Shown piece after piece: positions 35,273 to 44,780 of a stretch of 64,000 bases of DNA (the first letter of the stretch is position 1; the number at the start of each line of letters is the position of its first letter). This stretch comes from an uncultured Fibrobacteria bacterium (GTDB taxonomy: Bacteria > Fibrobacterota > Fibrobacteria > UBA11236). The position numbers and the translations under genes were made by a program. Where the stretch lies: contig OY970309.1 in assembly GCA_963716395.1 (NCBI GenBank), forward strand, positions 2,368,001 to 2,432,000, read 5' to 3'. The notes beneath the pieces were generated by a model, which had not been told where the DNA came from, searched no databases, and saw only the letters and a program-made list of their open reading frames with translations.

Positions 35273-36294
35273 TGGAAGCGCCCCTTCCAGTCGCGCTTGC
35301 GCCGGCGGCGATCCGAAATCAGCATTTCGGCCACGAGCAGCAGCACGGCCATAGCCAGCGGATATTGAAAGCGCTCTTCGTAACGGGTGAAACGCTCCGA
35401 ATCCAATTCGCGTTTTTTCCGTGCGTTGATCTGCTTGAGCACGTCCTGCAATTCGAAATGCCCCTGTTCGGCATGGTAGAACTTGCCATCGGTGGTCAAG
35501 GCGATCTTCTCGAGCAGTTCGGGATCCATGCGCGTCATGACGATGTTGCCCTGCGAATCCTTTTTGTACTCCACCTGCCCGTCGGGACCGGTGATGGGAA
35601 TGGGAACACCCGTGGCCGAGCCGATGCCCACGGTGTAAATCGTCACGCCCTGCCGCGCCGCCTCTTCGGCGGCTTTTTCGGCGCGCCCGCTGTGATCCTC
35701 GCCGTCGGTCAACAGCACCAGCACGCGGTATTTCCGGTCGTTCTGATCAAAGGCTTTCAGCGAAGTTTCGATGGCCGCGCCGAGGTCGGTGCCGGGCACC
35801 GGGATGAGGCTGGGATCGAGCACGTCCAAGAAAATACGGAAGGCGCCGTAATCGGAGGTCAGCGGGCATTCGAGATAGGCTTCGCCCGCGAAGGCCACGA
35901 GCGCCACGCGATCGCCGGCCAATTCATCCACGAAGCGCTCCACCTCCTGCTTGCAACGGGCCATGCGGCTGGGCTTGATGTCTTCGGCCTCCATCGACAG
36001 CGACACGTCCACGGCCACCACCACGTCGAGCCCGCGCCGTTTCATCATTTCCATCTTGGTGCCCCATTGTGGACGCGTCAGCCCCAGCACCAGAAATCCG
36101 ATGGCGGCCAGCAGCAGGGCCATTTTTAGGATTTGCCGCGCCGTGGAGGTTCCAGCCACCATGCGGCGCAGCATTTCGGTTTCGGCGAAGCGCCGCAGGA
36201 GCGCCGACTTGCGCCAGAAAGCCCAGGCGAAGAACGCGCCGAGCGCCGGCACCAGCAGCAACAACCAGAAGAACAGGGGCGATCCGAAGCGCAT
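35269..36294 (-). CDS. batB: BatB-like vWA membrane protein
   Basis: RPQWG, DVSLSM MIDAS, PLTSDY, LTDGEDH. Confidence 0.88.
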   Translation of the reverse strand: MRFGSPLFFWLLLLVPALGAFFAWAFWRKSALLRRFAETEMLRRMVAGTSTARQILKMALLLAAIGFLVLGLTRPQWGTKMEMMKRRGLDVVVAVDVSLSMEAEDIKPSRMARCKQEVERFVDELAGDRVALVAFAGEAYLECPLTSDYGAFRIFLDVLDPSLIPVPGTDLGAAIETSLKAFDQNDRKYRVLVLLTDGEDHSGRAEKAAEEAARQGVTIYTVGIGSATGVPIPITGPDGQVEYKKDSQGNIVMTRMDPELLEKIALTTDGKFYHAEQGHFELQDVLKQINARKKRELDSERFTRYEERFQYPLAMAVLLLVAEMLISDRRRRKRDWKGRFQ

Positions 36295-36295
36295 G

Positions 36296-37294
36296 CTAGG
36301 GCACCTTGCGGAAACGGGTGTGGGCCAGCAGGATTTCCAGGAGCAGCAGCGCCAGCGCAACGTAGGCCAAGGCCATGAACAATTCGCGGTAGCGGGAATA
36401 ATGCGTGGTTTCGACCTTGGATTTCTCCAGTTTGTCAATGGTCTGATAAATATCGGACAGGGTTTTGGTGCTCTGCGCGCGGTAGAACTTGCCTCCGGTC
36501 ATGGAGGCGATTTGCGTGAGCATACCCACGTCGACGTCGGTTTTGATGGCCACGATGCGCTTGCCGAAATAGGGATCGTCGACCTCGATGGGCTGTTCGC
36601 CGGTTTTGCCCACGCCGATGGTGTAAATCTTGATACCCAGTGCCTGGGCCGCGCGCGCCGCGGTCAGTGGGTCGACTTCGCCCGCGTTGTTCTCGCCGTC
36701 GGTGAGCAGAATCATGATCTTGCTTTTGGCGTGCGATTCGCGCAGGCGGTTGACGCCGTTGAGAATGGCCGTGCCGATGGCCGTGCCGTCCGGCATGTTC
36801 CCCGGATCGGCCTGCCGCAGCAATTGGATCAGCACGTTGTAATCCAGGGTCAGCGGGCATTGGGTGTAGCTTTCGCCGGCGAACACCACCAGGCCGATGC
36901 GATCGTGGTTGCGCCCCAGAATGAAATGTTCGATCACGTCTTTGGCCGACTCGATGCGGTTCTTGGGTTTGAAGTCCATGGTCTTCATCGAACCCGAGAG
37001 ATCCAGGAGCAGCATGATGTCGATGCCCTGGGCGCTGATCTCCTCCAGGGTTTCGCCCCATTGCGGCCGTGCCAAGGCTACGATGAGCAAGGTCAGGGCC
37101 GCCAGCCGCAACACCAACAGGACATGGCGCAGGCGATACGCCGCGCCCGCGGGCATGCGCTTGACCACGGCCAGCGAGGGAAAGCGGATGCTGGCGCGGC
37201 GCCGGCCCTGGCGCCGGAAATAATCCCAGGCCAGCCAGGGAATCAAGGCCAGCAAGACGAACGCCCACGGGGTTTGAAAATGCGGCCAACTCAT
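36296..37294 (-). CDS. batA: BatA-like vWA membrane protein
   Basis: ARPQ, DLSGSM MIDAS, DRIGLVVF, GTAIG, LTDGENN, TGGKFYRA. Confidence 0.92.
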   Translation of the reverse strand: MSWPHFQTPWAFVLLALIPWLAWDYFRRQGRRRASIRFPSLAVVKRMPAGAAYRLRHVLLVLRLAALTLLIVALARPQWGETLEEISAQGIDIMLLLDLSGSMKTMDFKPKNRIESAKDVIEHFILGRNHDRIGLVVFAGESYTQCPLTLDYNVLIQLLRQADPGNMPDGTAIGTAILNGVNRLRESHAKSKIMILLTDGENNAGEVDPLTAARAAQALGIKIYTIGVGKTGEQPIEVDDPYFGKRIVAIKTDVDVGMLTQIASMTGGKFYRAQSTKTLSDIYQTIDKLEKSKVETTHYSRYRELFMALAYVALALLLLEILLAHTRFRKVP

Positions 37295-38232
37295 TGTGCC
37301 TGGGGTTCTCCCGCCGCGGGAGCGGCTGCCGGCGCGGGCCGCGTCTGCCCCACGAAGGCCGTGGTTTCCTGCACCAGCCGTTCGCAATCGCTTTCCAGCA
37401 GGGCGCCCGTGGCGTATTTGACCTGATCCAGGGCGTCACAGCAGGTCCGCAGCCAGTCGCGCTGGGCCGGCGTCAGCGGCAGGGGCCGCGCCCGTTCGAG
37501 CAATTCCGCGGTGGTCGACTCGAGGGCGTCGATTTGATAGCGCCGGCCGACATAGGTGCGCAATATTTCCGAGAGCAGAAAGGCGAATTCGCGCGCCCGG
37601 TTCTGGCGGATGAGCTGCACCGCGTTGACACCGCGCAGGCGCTCCATCGCCTCTTCGTACGGCGGTAACCGCGGAGTTTCGGGCCGTGAGGCGGCCCGGC
37701 GCCGCCAGCGGCGCCACACAAACCAGCCGGCTGCGAGCAACACGGCCAGACCCAGGCCGATGGCGCCCCAGGGCGGCGGTTCGGGCAGGTCGGCCACATC
37801 GGCGATATCGGCGATGTCTTTTTCGGTTGCGGGCGAGGTACGCTTGACCTGGATGGCGGTGGGCTGCGTGTACAGCACCAGGGCCGCGGTATCCTGACCG
37901 GCGCGGTATTCGACCCGCTGGGGCGGCAAGGTGTAGTCGCCCACGGTGAAGGTCGACAGGGTGAAGGAATAGGTCGTGACGGTGCGGCCGTCGGGGGCCT
38001 TGCTGTTCTGGGTGGAGTAATCCTTGACTTCGAAGGCGCCGAGATTTCCCAGCACTTCGGGCAAGCTCACATGTCCCGAGTCGGGATAGGTTACCGCGAT
38101 GTCGTAATGCAGGCGGTCGCCGATGGTGATGGACGAGCGATCGACGCGCGACGTCACCTCCACGTTGCCGGCGGGCGCGGCGGCGCCTCCGGCCGCCCAC
38201 ATGAGGCAGAACAGGCCGAGGGCCCGAATCAC
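37291..38232 (-). CDS. Bat-operon membrane protein (BatD-like Ig domain, TM, cytoplasmic helical domain)
   Basis: Signal peptide; ITIGDRL, DIADI, TM, LSEILRTY...ALESTTAE...DQVKYA; GTGA overlap. Confidence 0.8.
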   Translation of the reverse strand: MIRALGLFCLMWAAGGAAAPAGNVEVTSRVDRSSITIGDRLHYDIAVTYPDSGHVSLPEVLGNLGAFEVKDYSTQNSKAPDGRTVTTYSFTLSTFTVGDYTLPPQRVEYRAGQDTAALVLYTQPTAIQVKRTSPATEKDIADIADVADLPEPPPWGAIGLGLAVLLAAGWFVWRRWRRRAASRPETPRLPPYEEAMERLRGVNAVQLIRQNRAREFAFLLSEILRTYVGRRYQIDALESTTAELLERARPLPLTPAQRDWLRTCCDALDQVKYATGALLESDCERLVQETTAFVGQTRPAPAAAPAAGEPQAQ

Positions 38233-39149
38233 GAACCGCCTCCCGCCCCGGCGCCGTAAAATTTCACCTGCGCGGACTGCATGAGTTTCTGCACCAGCGC
38301 GACATAGGCGTCGGCCTGTTTCTCGCGCGCCCAGTCGGCGCGCACCTTGGGGAGCAGTTGCTCGAAGGTCGACCCGCTGTCGGCACCGTGTTGGTAGCGG
38401 GCCTGGTTGGCCTCGTAGTAATAGCGCAAATCGTTTGGCTGCGGCGGCGGAATCTTGAGATCCTGCCGCACGGCGGCTTGCGCCAGAATTTGGGTTTCGG
38501 CGAGATCGAGCAATTGCTTGACGTCGCTTTGCTCGGCCAGACCGGCGCGCCGCGCCGATTGGGCCAGCAGCAGTTGCCCGATATACTGGCGGATGGCCTG
38601 CGCCTGTTCCACCGGCGCCTCCGGCAGCTTGCCGCCCAGGGCGGTGGCCACTTCGCCGGCCGTGATTTTGCGGCCGTTCACTTCGGCCACCACGGCCCCG
38701 GAGCCGGCGGCCACGGTGGAATCGCCGGGAAGTTTGGTGAGCGAGGAGAGCGCCTGGCTGGCGTCGGAACTGCGACCCTGGTCTTCGAGGCAGGCCACCA
38801 TGCGCCGGCCCAGATCGGGCGCAAAGGCCTGATTGGGATACAAGGCCTTCACCAAAGTGAATTCGGCCAGTGCGCCTTCGGTATTCTTGAGGTTGTCCTG
38901 ATCGATCACGCCGATCTGATACAGCACCTTGGGCACGTCCGCGGGCGGAATCACCGGCGACGCCAGATAGGCGCGGTACAACGCGACGGCTTCCTGGTAG
39001 AGTTGCTGCTGGTACAGCGCCGTGGCGCCGGTGCGGTACTGCTCGCGCGTAAAGCCCGAAGCAGTTCCGGTTTCGCGGCACGCGGCGAGCGCCGCGGCGG
39101 CGGCCAGCGCCAGCCACCCGATGGCGGGAATGCGTTTCCGATCACCCAC
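38229..39149 (-). CDS. Lipoprotein with TPR and SurA/PrsA-like chaperone domain
   Basis: Lipobox LAAC; TPR pair; VVAEVNGRKIT, LLAQSARRAGL, YYEANQARY, AQVKF. Confidence 0.72.
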   Translation of the reverse strand: MGDRKRIPAIGWLALAAAAALAACRETGTASGFTREQYRTGATALYQQQLYQEAVALYRAYLASPVIPPADVPKVLYQIGVIDQDNLKNTEGALAEFTLVKALYPNQAFAPDLGRRMVACLEDQGRSSDASQALSSLTKLPGDSTVAAGSGAVVAEVNGRKITAGEVATALGGKLPEAPVEQAQAIRQYIGQLLLAQSARRAGLAEQSDVKQLLDLAETQILAQAAVRQDLKIPPPQPNDLRYYYEANQARYQHGADSGSTFEQLLPKVRADWAREKQADAYVALVQKLMQSAQVKFYGAGAGGGS

Positions 39150-40029
39150 GGTTCCTGGCCCTTTTGCGGAAGTAGTCGATGAGGGGTTGGATGGTGTCGT
39201 CGTAATCGGGTCGGATCAACACCTCCACGAAGTCGGTGCCCATGCGCCGGAACAACCGGCGCAGATGCACGCCCTCTTTCTGCACCTCGTCGCGGAAGGT
39301 GGTGCGGAATTCCGCACTGCCGGTATCGACCAGCACCACTTCGCCGGTTTCGGCGTCTTCGAGTTCGAGAAACCCCATGTCGGGCAATTCGCGTTCGCGC
39401 GGGTCGACCACGGTGATGGCCACGGCGTCATGCCGCTGCTGCAAGAGATTCATGGGCCGCTCGAAATCGCCGGTGGCGAAATCCGAGACGATGAAGACCA
39501 CGGCGCGGCGCTTGAGCAGACGGTTCACCTGTTCCAGGGCCACCGACAGGTTGGTGCCTTTTTCTTCGGGGCGGTGGTACAGCAACTCGCGGATGACGCG
39601 CAACACGTGCTTCTTGCCCTTTTGCGGCGGAATGAATTTCTCGACCTTGGAAGTGAAAATGAGCAGGCCCACGCGATCATTGTTCTTGATGGCCGAAAAC
39701 GCCAGCAAGGCGCTCAAAGTGGCCATCACCTCGCCTTTCATTTCTTTCTGGCTGCCGAATTCTCCCGAGGACGAAGCATCGACCACGAGCAGCACCGTCA
39801 GTTCGCGCTCTTCCACATATTTCTTGACGAACGGGTGCCCCTGGCGCGCGGTGACATTCCAGTCGATGGTGCGGATTTCATCGCCGGGCACGTATTCGCG
39901 CACTTCGGCGAACTCCATGCCGCGTCCCTTGAAGGACGAGGAATAGGCGCCCGACAACACCGAATTCACCGCGCTGCGGGTGCGGATTTCGATGTTGCGA
40001 ACCTTGCGGAGGATTTCAGCGGGGATCAT
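39142..40029 (-). CDS. DUF58 family protein
   Basis: FKGRGMEFAEVREY, IDWNVTAR, EERE, SDF. Confidence 0.95.
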   Translation of the reverse strand: MIPAEILRKVRNIEIRTRSAVNSVLSGAYSSSFKGRGMEFAEVREYVPGDEIRTIDWNVTARQGHPFVKKYVEERELTVLLVVDASSSGEFGSQKEMKGEVMATLSALLAFSAIKNNDRVGLLIFTSKVEKFIPPQKGKKHVLRVIRELLYHRPEEKGTNLSVALEQVNRLLKRRAVVFIVSDFATGDFERPMNLLQQRHDAVAITVVDPRERELPDMGFLELEDAETGEVVLVDTGSAEFRTTFRDEVQKEGVHLRRLFRRMGTDFVEVLIRPDYDDTIQPLIDYFRKRARNRG

Positions 40030-40114
40030 GGCGAAGCGCGCAACGTGCCGGGGGCAGATCGCCAGGGTCGAGGCGAATGTGAAAGAAGAACGGTTGCCGG
40101 CAACGTGATTTTCT

Positions 40115-41113
40115 TCACGGCACTTCCACGTGATCGAATACGCGCTGCACCACGTTTTCGGGTTTGACCTCCTCGGCTTCGGCCTCATAACTCAGAATCA
40201 CGCGGTGGCGCATCACATCCATGCCCACGGCCTTGACGTCTTCGGGAGTGACGAAGCCCCGGCCCCGCAGCAGGGCATGCGCCTTAGAGGCCTTGGCCAG
40301 GCTGATGCTGGTGCGGGGCGAAGCGCCGTATTCGATGAGGTTGCCGAGATCCGGGATGCCCGCACCCGCGGGATCACGCGTGGCCGCCACCAGGTTCACG
40401 ATGTAGTCGAGGATCTTGTCGTCCATGTAGATGTCGTTCACCAATTGCCGGCATTTGAGCAAATCGTCTTCGGTGGCGATGCGCATGGCGGCGTGCAAGC
40501 CCTGGCCCGAAACGAGATTCACGATGGCCTTCTCCTCTTCTTTGGTAGGATAGCTGAGCACCACCTTGAGCATGAAGCGATCGACCTGGGCTTCGGGCAG
40601 GGGATAGGTGCCTTCCTGCTCCAGCGGGTTTTGCGTGGCCAGCACCAGGAACAGATGCGGCAACTCATAGGTGGTGTCGCCCAATGTCACATGCTTCTCT
40701 TGCATGGCTTCGAGCAGCGCCGATTGCACCTTGGAGGGGGCGCGGTTGATTTCGTCGGCCAGAATGATGTTGGCGAAAATGGGCCCGCGTTTGACGTGGA
40801 AGTCGCCGCTTTTGGGGTTGAACACCATGGTGCCGATCAAATCGGCGGGCAAGAGGTCGGGGGTGAACTGGATGCGGCTGAAGTGGGCGGAGATGGACGC
40901 GGCCAGCGCCTTGACCGCCGTGGTTTTGGCCAAGCCCGGCACGCCTTCGAGCAGCACGTGGCCGTCGGCCAAAAGCCCGATGAGCAGGCTTTCGAGCATG
41001 CGTTTCTGGCCCACCACCGTGCGGCTGATTTCATCGAGCACCTTGCGCAGAAAGGCGCCTTCTTGGCGAACGCGTTCGGTGAGGGCTTGCATGTCGACAG
41101 GCGGATTGGTCAT
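40115..41113 (-). CDS. moxR: MoxR-family AAA+ ATPase
   Basis: GVPGLAKT, RIQFTPDLLPAD, DEINRA, ATQNP, LPEAQVDRF, GASPR. Confidence 0.96.
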   Translation of the reverse strand: MTNPPVDMQALTERVRQEGAFLRKVLDEISRTVVGQKRMLESLLIGLLADGHVLLEGVPGLAKTTAVKALAASISAHFSRIQFTPDLLPADLIGTMVFNPKSGDFHVKRGPIFANIILADEINRAPSKVQSALLEAMQEKHVTLGDTTYELPHLFLVLATQNPLEQEGTYPLPEAQVDRFMLKVVLSYPTKEEEKAIVNLVSGQGLHAAMRIATEDDLLKCRQLVNDIYMDDKILDYIVNLVAATRDPAGAGIPDLGNLIEYGASPRTSISLAKASKAHALLRGRGFVTPEDVKAVGMDVMRHRVILSYEAEAEEVKPENVVQRVFDHVEVP

Positions 41114-42102
41114 GATTCGAGTTCTCCCGGGATGTGAAGGCAGGTTTTCAAAGTGCGGCAGGCGTCTTGCAATTCATGGGGTTCTTTGCGGCCGCCGGCA
41201 TAGCGCGCCTGGCGGAACAGATCGCGGAGTTTGGACCAGCCGTCGGCTTCTTCGGCGCTGCCGACCTGGGACGGTTCCTGATCGAGATAGGCGTCGAGCA
41301 GGAATTCGAAGCGCGCCCCGTTGGTCGCGCCCAATTGCTGCCGCAGGTACGAGGTGCACAATTGCTCCGCCTCCTGCATCCAGGCGCGACTTTCCGCCGA
41401 CTGGCAGCGGCTTTTCAAAGTGCGCACGGCGGGTACGAAGTCGATCTTCTGCGGCGCGCGCCGGCGCCGCGCCCGCCAGCGCCGGCGAATCTCCCAGCCG
41501 GCGGCGAGAACGGCGGCCAGCGAGAGTAGCGCGAGCAGGGCGCGGAACCAGCCCCGATCGCGCAGCGGCACGCGCGCCGGCCCGACGTCGAGAAAGGCGC
41601 CGGGCACATAGAGCGCTTCTTCGCGGTTGGAAAAGCCCGTGAGGTAGCGCAGCTTGAGCGGTTCGACATGCGCGCTGCCGGGAATGGTGGGCACGAGTTG
41701 ATAAATGAATTCGGTCACGTTGCGGATTTCGTTTCCCGCCACGCTTTTGCGGTGCTCGGCGCTTTGGGTGGCGATGCGGAATCCCGGCGTGGAAAGGCTT
41801 TCGGGGGCCATCACCACCACGGGCACGCGCAGGTCCTTCCATTCCACCCGCAGCGTATAGGCCACGGTGTCGCCCACACGGGCGTGCTGCACCGAGAACG
41901 ACCCTGCGGCCGACAGCTTGACCTCCTCTTCGGGCCGCGCGCTGTCGATGGACGCATGCAAGGTACTGTCCGGCAGCGCGGGAACGGAAATGGGCACCGG
42001 GGTTCCCGCCGGTTGCGCCCACAACGCACCCAGGGCGGCCGCCCACCCCAGAGCGGAAACCGCAACGGTTCGCCAACGACAATTTGCAAAGGTGCTGTGC
42101 AT
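41110..42102 (-). CDS. Membrane protein with BatD-like Ig domain (first gene of Bat operon)
   Basis: Signal peptide, RVGDTVAYTL beta-sandwich, TM, C-terminal QARYAG; ATGA overlap with moxR. Confidence 0.68.
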   Translation of the reverse strand: MHSTFANCRWRTVAVSALGWAAALGALWAQPAGTPVPISVPALPDSTLHASIDSARPEEEVKLSAAGSFSVQHARVGDTVAYTLRVEWKDLRVPVVVMAPESLSTPGFRIATQSAEHRKSVAGNEIRNVTEFIYQLVPTIPGSAHVEPLKLRYLTGFSNREEALYVPGAFLDVGPARVPLRDRGWFRALLALLSLAAVLAAGWEIRRRWRARRRRAPQKIDFVPAVRTLKSRCQSAESRAWMQEAEQLCTSYLRQQLGATNGARFEFLLDAYLDQEPSQVGSAEEADGWSKLRDLFRQARYAGGRKEPHELQDACRTLKTCLHIPGELES

Positions 42103-42181
42103 CACCCCGACCAATGAAAACGACCCGGAAACATCCTGCGTAAAGGCGGGGGTAAACTACCAAAAAAGTTACCTTGCACCC

Positions 42182-42796
42182 ATGTCCGCGCCCGCGCGCA
42201 GCACGCGTTTGGAGAACCTCATCGCCCGGCTCGCCGATCTTCCCTCCATCGGCCGCAAGTCGGCGCAACGCTTGGCGTACCACCTGCTGGCGGCCCCGGT
42301 GGAAGAGGTAGAAGCCCTGAGCCAGGCCCTGCTCGACGCCCGCCGCGGCGTGCATCCCTGCGCGGTGTGCGGCAACTACGCCGAAGGCGAGCGCTGCCCC
42401 ATCTGCGCCGACCTGCGGCGCGATGCCGGCGTGGTCTGCGTGTTGGAGCGACCCTCCGACATCGCGGCCTTCGAACGCCTCGGCACCTTTCGCGGCGTCT
42501 ACCACGTGCTGGGCGGCGTGCTGTCGCCGCTCGATGGCGTCGGTCCCGATCAATTGCGCTTCGCCCCGCTGTGGGAGCGTTGCGGCCAGGGCGTGCGCGA
42601 AGTGATTCTGGCGCTCGGCACCCATGCCGAAGGCGAAGCCACGGCGGCCTACATCGTGCAACGGCTGCGCCGCCTGCCGGTGCGCATCACGCGGCTGGCG
42701 CGCGGCCTGCCCGCGGGCAGCGATCTCGAATTCGTGGACGAGATCACCATGCAGCGGGCGCTGGAAGGCCGGGTCGATCTCGCCGCTTCGGGATGA
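42182..42796 (+). CDS. recR: Recombination mediator RecR
   Basis: LPSIGRKSAQRLA HhH, C4 zinc finger, YHVLGG, EGEATA Toprim. Confidence 0.96.
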   Translation: MSAPARSTRLENLIARLADLPSIGRKSAQRLAYHLLAAPVEEVEALSQALLDARRGVHPCAVCGNYAEGERCPICADLRRDAGVVCVLERPSDIAAFERLGTFRGVYHVLGGVLSPLDGVGPDQLRFAPLWERCGQGVREVILALGTHAEGEATAAYIVQRLRRLPVRITRLARGLPAGSDLEFVDEITMQRALEGRVDLAASG

Positions 42797-43377
42797 AAAT
42801 CATTTCGGCCGCATGGGCCGCCGCCGCCGTCGACGTCTCCGGATTTCCGCGCGACGGGTTGCCCCAGATCGCTCTGGCGGGCCGATCCAATGCCGGCAAG
42901 TCGACCTTGATCAATGCCCTCGCCGGCCAGCACGCCCTGGCCCGCGCGGGACGCACGCCGGGTAAGACGCGCCTCGTGCATTTCTACCTCATCAACCGCG
43001 CCTTCTATCTCGTGGACTTGCCTGGATTCGGGTATGCGCGGGTGGGCCGCGACACGCGCCACGAAATGGAAGGGGCCTTGCAAGGTTATTTCGAGGCGGC
43101 GCCGCAGGTGCGCGGCATCATCTATCTGGTCGACATGCGCGTGCCCGACAGCGCCGTCGACCGCGCTGCGTTACAGTGGATTGCCGGCCGGGGCCTGCCC
43201 TTGCTGGTGCTGGCCGTCAAGGCCGATAAACTGTCGCGGTCGCAATGGCCGCGGGCGCTGAGCGCCATCGCCGCGCAGCAGGGGTTGCCCGAAATTCCGC
43301 TGCCGATCAGTGCGCTGCGGCGCACCGGGGTGGAGGCGGTGTGGGAGCAAATCGGCCTTTTGCTGGCGCCGGCCTAG
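42793..43377 (+). CDS. engB: Ribosome biogenesis GTPase EngB/YihA
   Basis: GRSNAGKS, TPGKT, DLPGFG, KADK; ATGA overlap with recR. Confidence 0.93.
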   Translation: MKIISAAWAAAAVDVSGFPRDGLPQIALAGRSNAGKSTLINALAGQHALARAGRTPGKTRLVHFYLINRAFYLVDLPGFGYARVGRDTRHEMEGALQGYFEAAPQVRGIIYLVDMRVPDSAVDRAALQWIAGRGLPLLVLAVKADKLSRSQWPRALSAIAAQQGLPEIPLPISALRRTGVEAVWEQIGLLLAPA

Positions 43378-43384
43378 CCCCGTC

Positions 43385-44323
43385 TCAATCGTCGGTCAAG
43401 TGCAGAATCTGCACGTTCCAAACCCATTCGAAGTTGAGACGCAGATGCTCCCAGCCGCCGAGGTTGTCGAGCTGGGGATGATCGGTCCAGAAACCGACGA
43501 ATCCGTCGAGGCCACGGTAACGCCGGCCGGTGTTGTGGCCCAAGCGCAAATCGGTAAAACCCACCGACGCCAGGTTCTGCTGCTGCCCGGTTTCGGTGGT
43601 CGACCAATATTGATCGCGCACGGTGAAACCGCGCAAGGTGAAGGGCCCTGCGTGCAGATAGGGTTCGAGATCGAGAAAGGCCTGGCCGTACAGCGAACTC
43701 AAGCGATCGCGTTTGCGGATCAGCAGATTGGAATTGTATTCGAAAATGATCTCCTGATCCTGCACGTCGACGTCCCACAGGCTGCGAAAGCCGCCGGCAT
43801 GCAATTGCAACCGGCCCAAATCCACGGTGGCGCTGCCGTGAAAGGTGAACACGTCGGCGCCCGCGGTTTCGCGCAGGCCGGCTTCGAGAATGTCGAACGC
43901 GCGCCATTGATCCACGTTCGGAAGCCAATTATTCGGCGCGCCATCGGGAGGGTTGAAGCCCACCAAGGTGTTCGGGAAGAGCACGCGGTTGTATTTGATG
44001 CCGCCTTCCAGAAAGCGCAGGGGTTTCAGGTTGAAGCCGGTGCCGGCATCCGATTCGAAAGGCGAGGCGGTGGCGCTGGCTTCGGCTTCGAGATAGGTTC
44101 CCCGGAACAGTCCGTCGGTGGGGGGCCCGATGGGTTCGATCCAGCCGGCTTGAAAGCCGTACGATCCGTTGGGAGGAACATAGCGCCACCCCACCGGATT
44201 GCCAGCCAGCGTAACGCTTTGTTGCAGATACGGACCGAAGCGTATGGGGCGCACGTCGTCGGCGCGGATCGGCAACGCCGCCGGCAGAAATGCAAGCAGC
44301 GGAAGGGCGGAAAGAAACCTCAT
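43385..44323 (-). CDS. Exported protein, possible outer-membrane beta-barrel
   Basis: Signal peptide; alternating aromatic-rich strands; no family recognised. Confidence 0.55.
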   Translation of the reverse strand: MRFLSALPLLAFLPAALPIRADDVRPIRFGPYLQQSVTLAGNPVGWRYVPPNGSYGFQAGWIEPIGPPTDGLFRGTYLEAEASATASPFESDAGTGFNLKPLRFLEGGIKYNRVLFPNTLVGFNPPDGAPNNWLPNVDQWRAFDILEAGLRETAGADVFTFHGSATVDLGRLQLHAGGFRSLWDVDVQDQEIIFEYNSNLLIRKRDRLSSLYGQAFLDLEPYLHAGPFTLRGFTVRDQYWSTTETGQQQNLASVGFTDLRLGHNTGRRYRGLDGFVGFWTDHPQLDNLGGWEHLRLNFEWVWNVQILHLTDD

Positions 44324-44384
44324 GCGGAACGGTTGGCCCGAGGGGCCGAACTATATTTGCATGCAATAATAGCAAGGAGGGTTT

Positions 44385-44780
44385 ATGCCCGGTTTGCGTG
44401 TGACGGTGGGATGGGGCGCGGCTCTGGTTTTATGCCTGGGGTGCGCCAACAACTACATGCCGCCGTTGACCACGCGCGGGGTTCCCGCCGATCAGCGCCG
44501 CGACTACATCATCCAAAACGGCTACGGCATTCCCGAACCGGTCAAACAGGCGTTCCTTGACGGTTACGTGGTCGAAGGCATGAGCAAAGAACTGGTGTTC
44601 CATCTGTTCGGCGCGGCCGACCGCAGCAGCGAGCAGGACGACCATTGGGAGTATCTGAACCGCAAAGGCGCGCTGGTCACCGGCCTGTATTTCAAGGATG
44701 ACAAGGTCGATCACATCGACGGCGATCCCACCGGCGGCGCCGGCAAAACCTCCGAGCCGGCGCCGCTGCCCGGATCTTGA
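44385..44780 (+). CDS. Small lipoprotein with SmpA/BamE-like domain
   Basis: Lipobox LGC; GMSKELV..LFGAAD...W.Y...LYFKDDKV; AGGAGG RBS. Confidence 0.72.
   Translation: MPGLRVTVGWGAALVLCLGCANNYMPPLTTRGVPADQRRDYIIQNGYGIPEPVKQAFLDGYVVEGMSKELVFHLFGAADRSSEQDDHWEYLNRKGALVTGLYFKDDKVDHIDGDPTGGAGKTSEPAPLPGS

Noticed and set aside
37291-39117. 608-aa ORF as a single protein
   Set aside because: The first half overlaps the TPR lipoprotein gene; a signal peptide begins at GTG 38232
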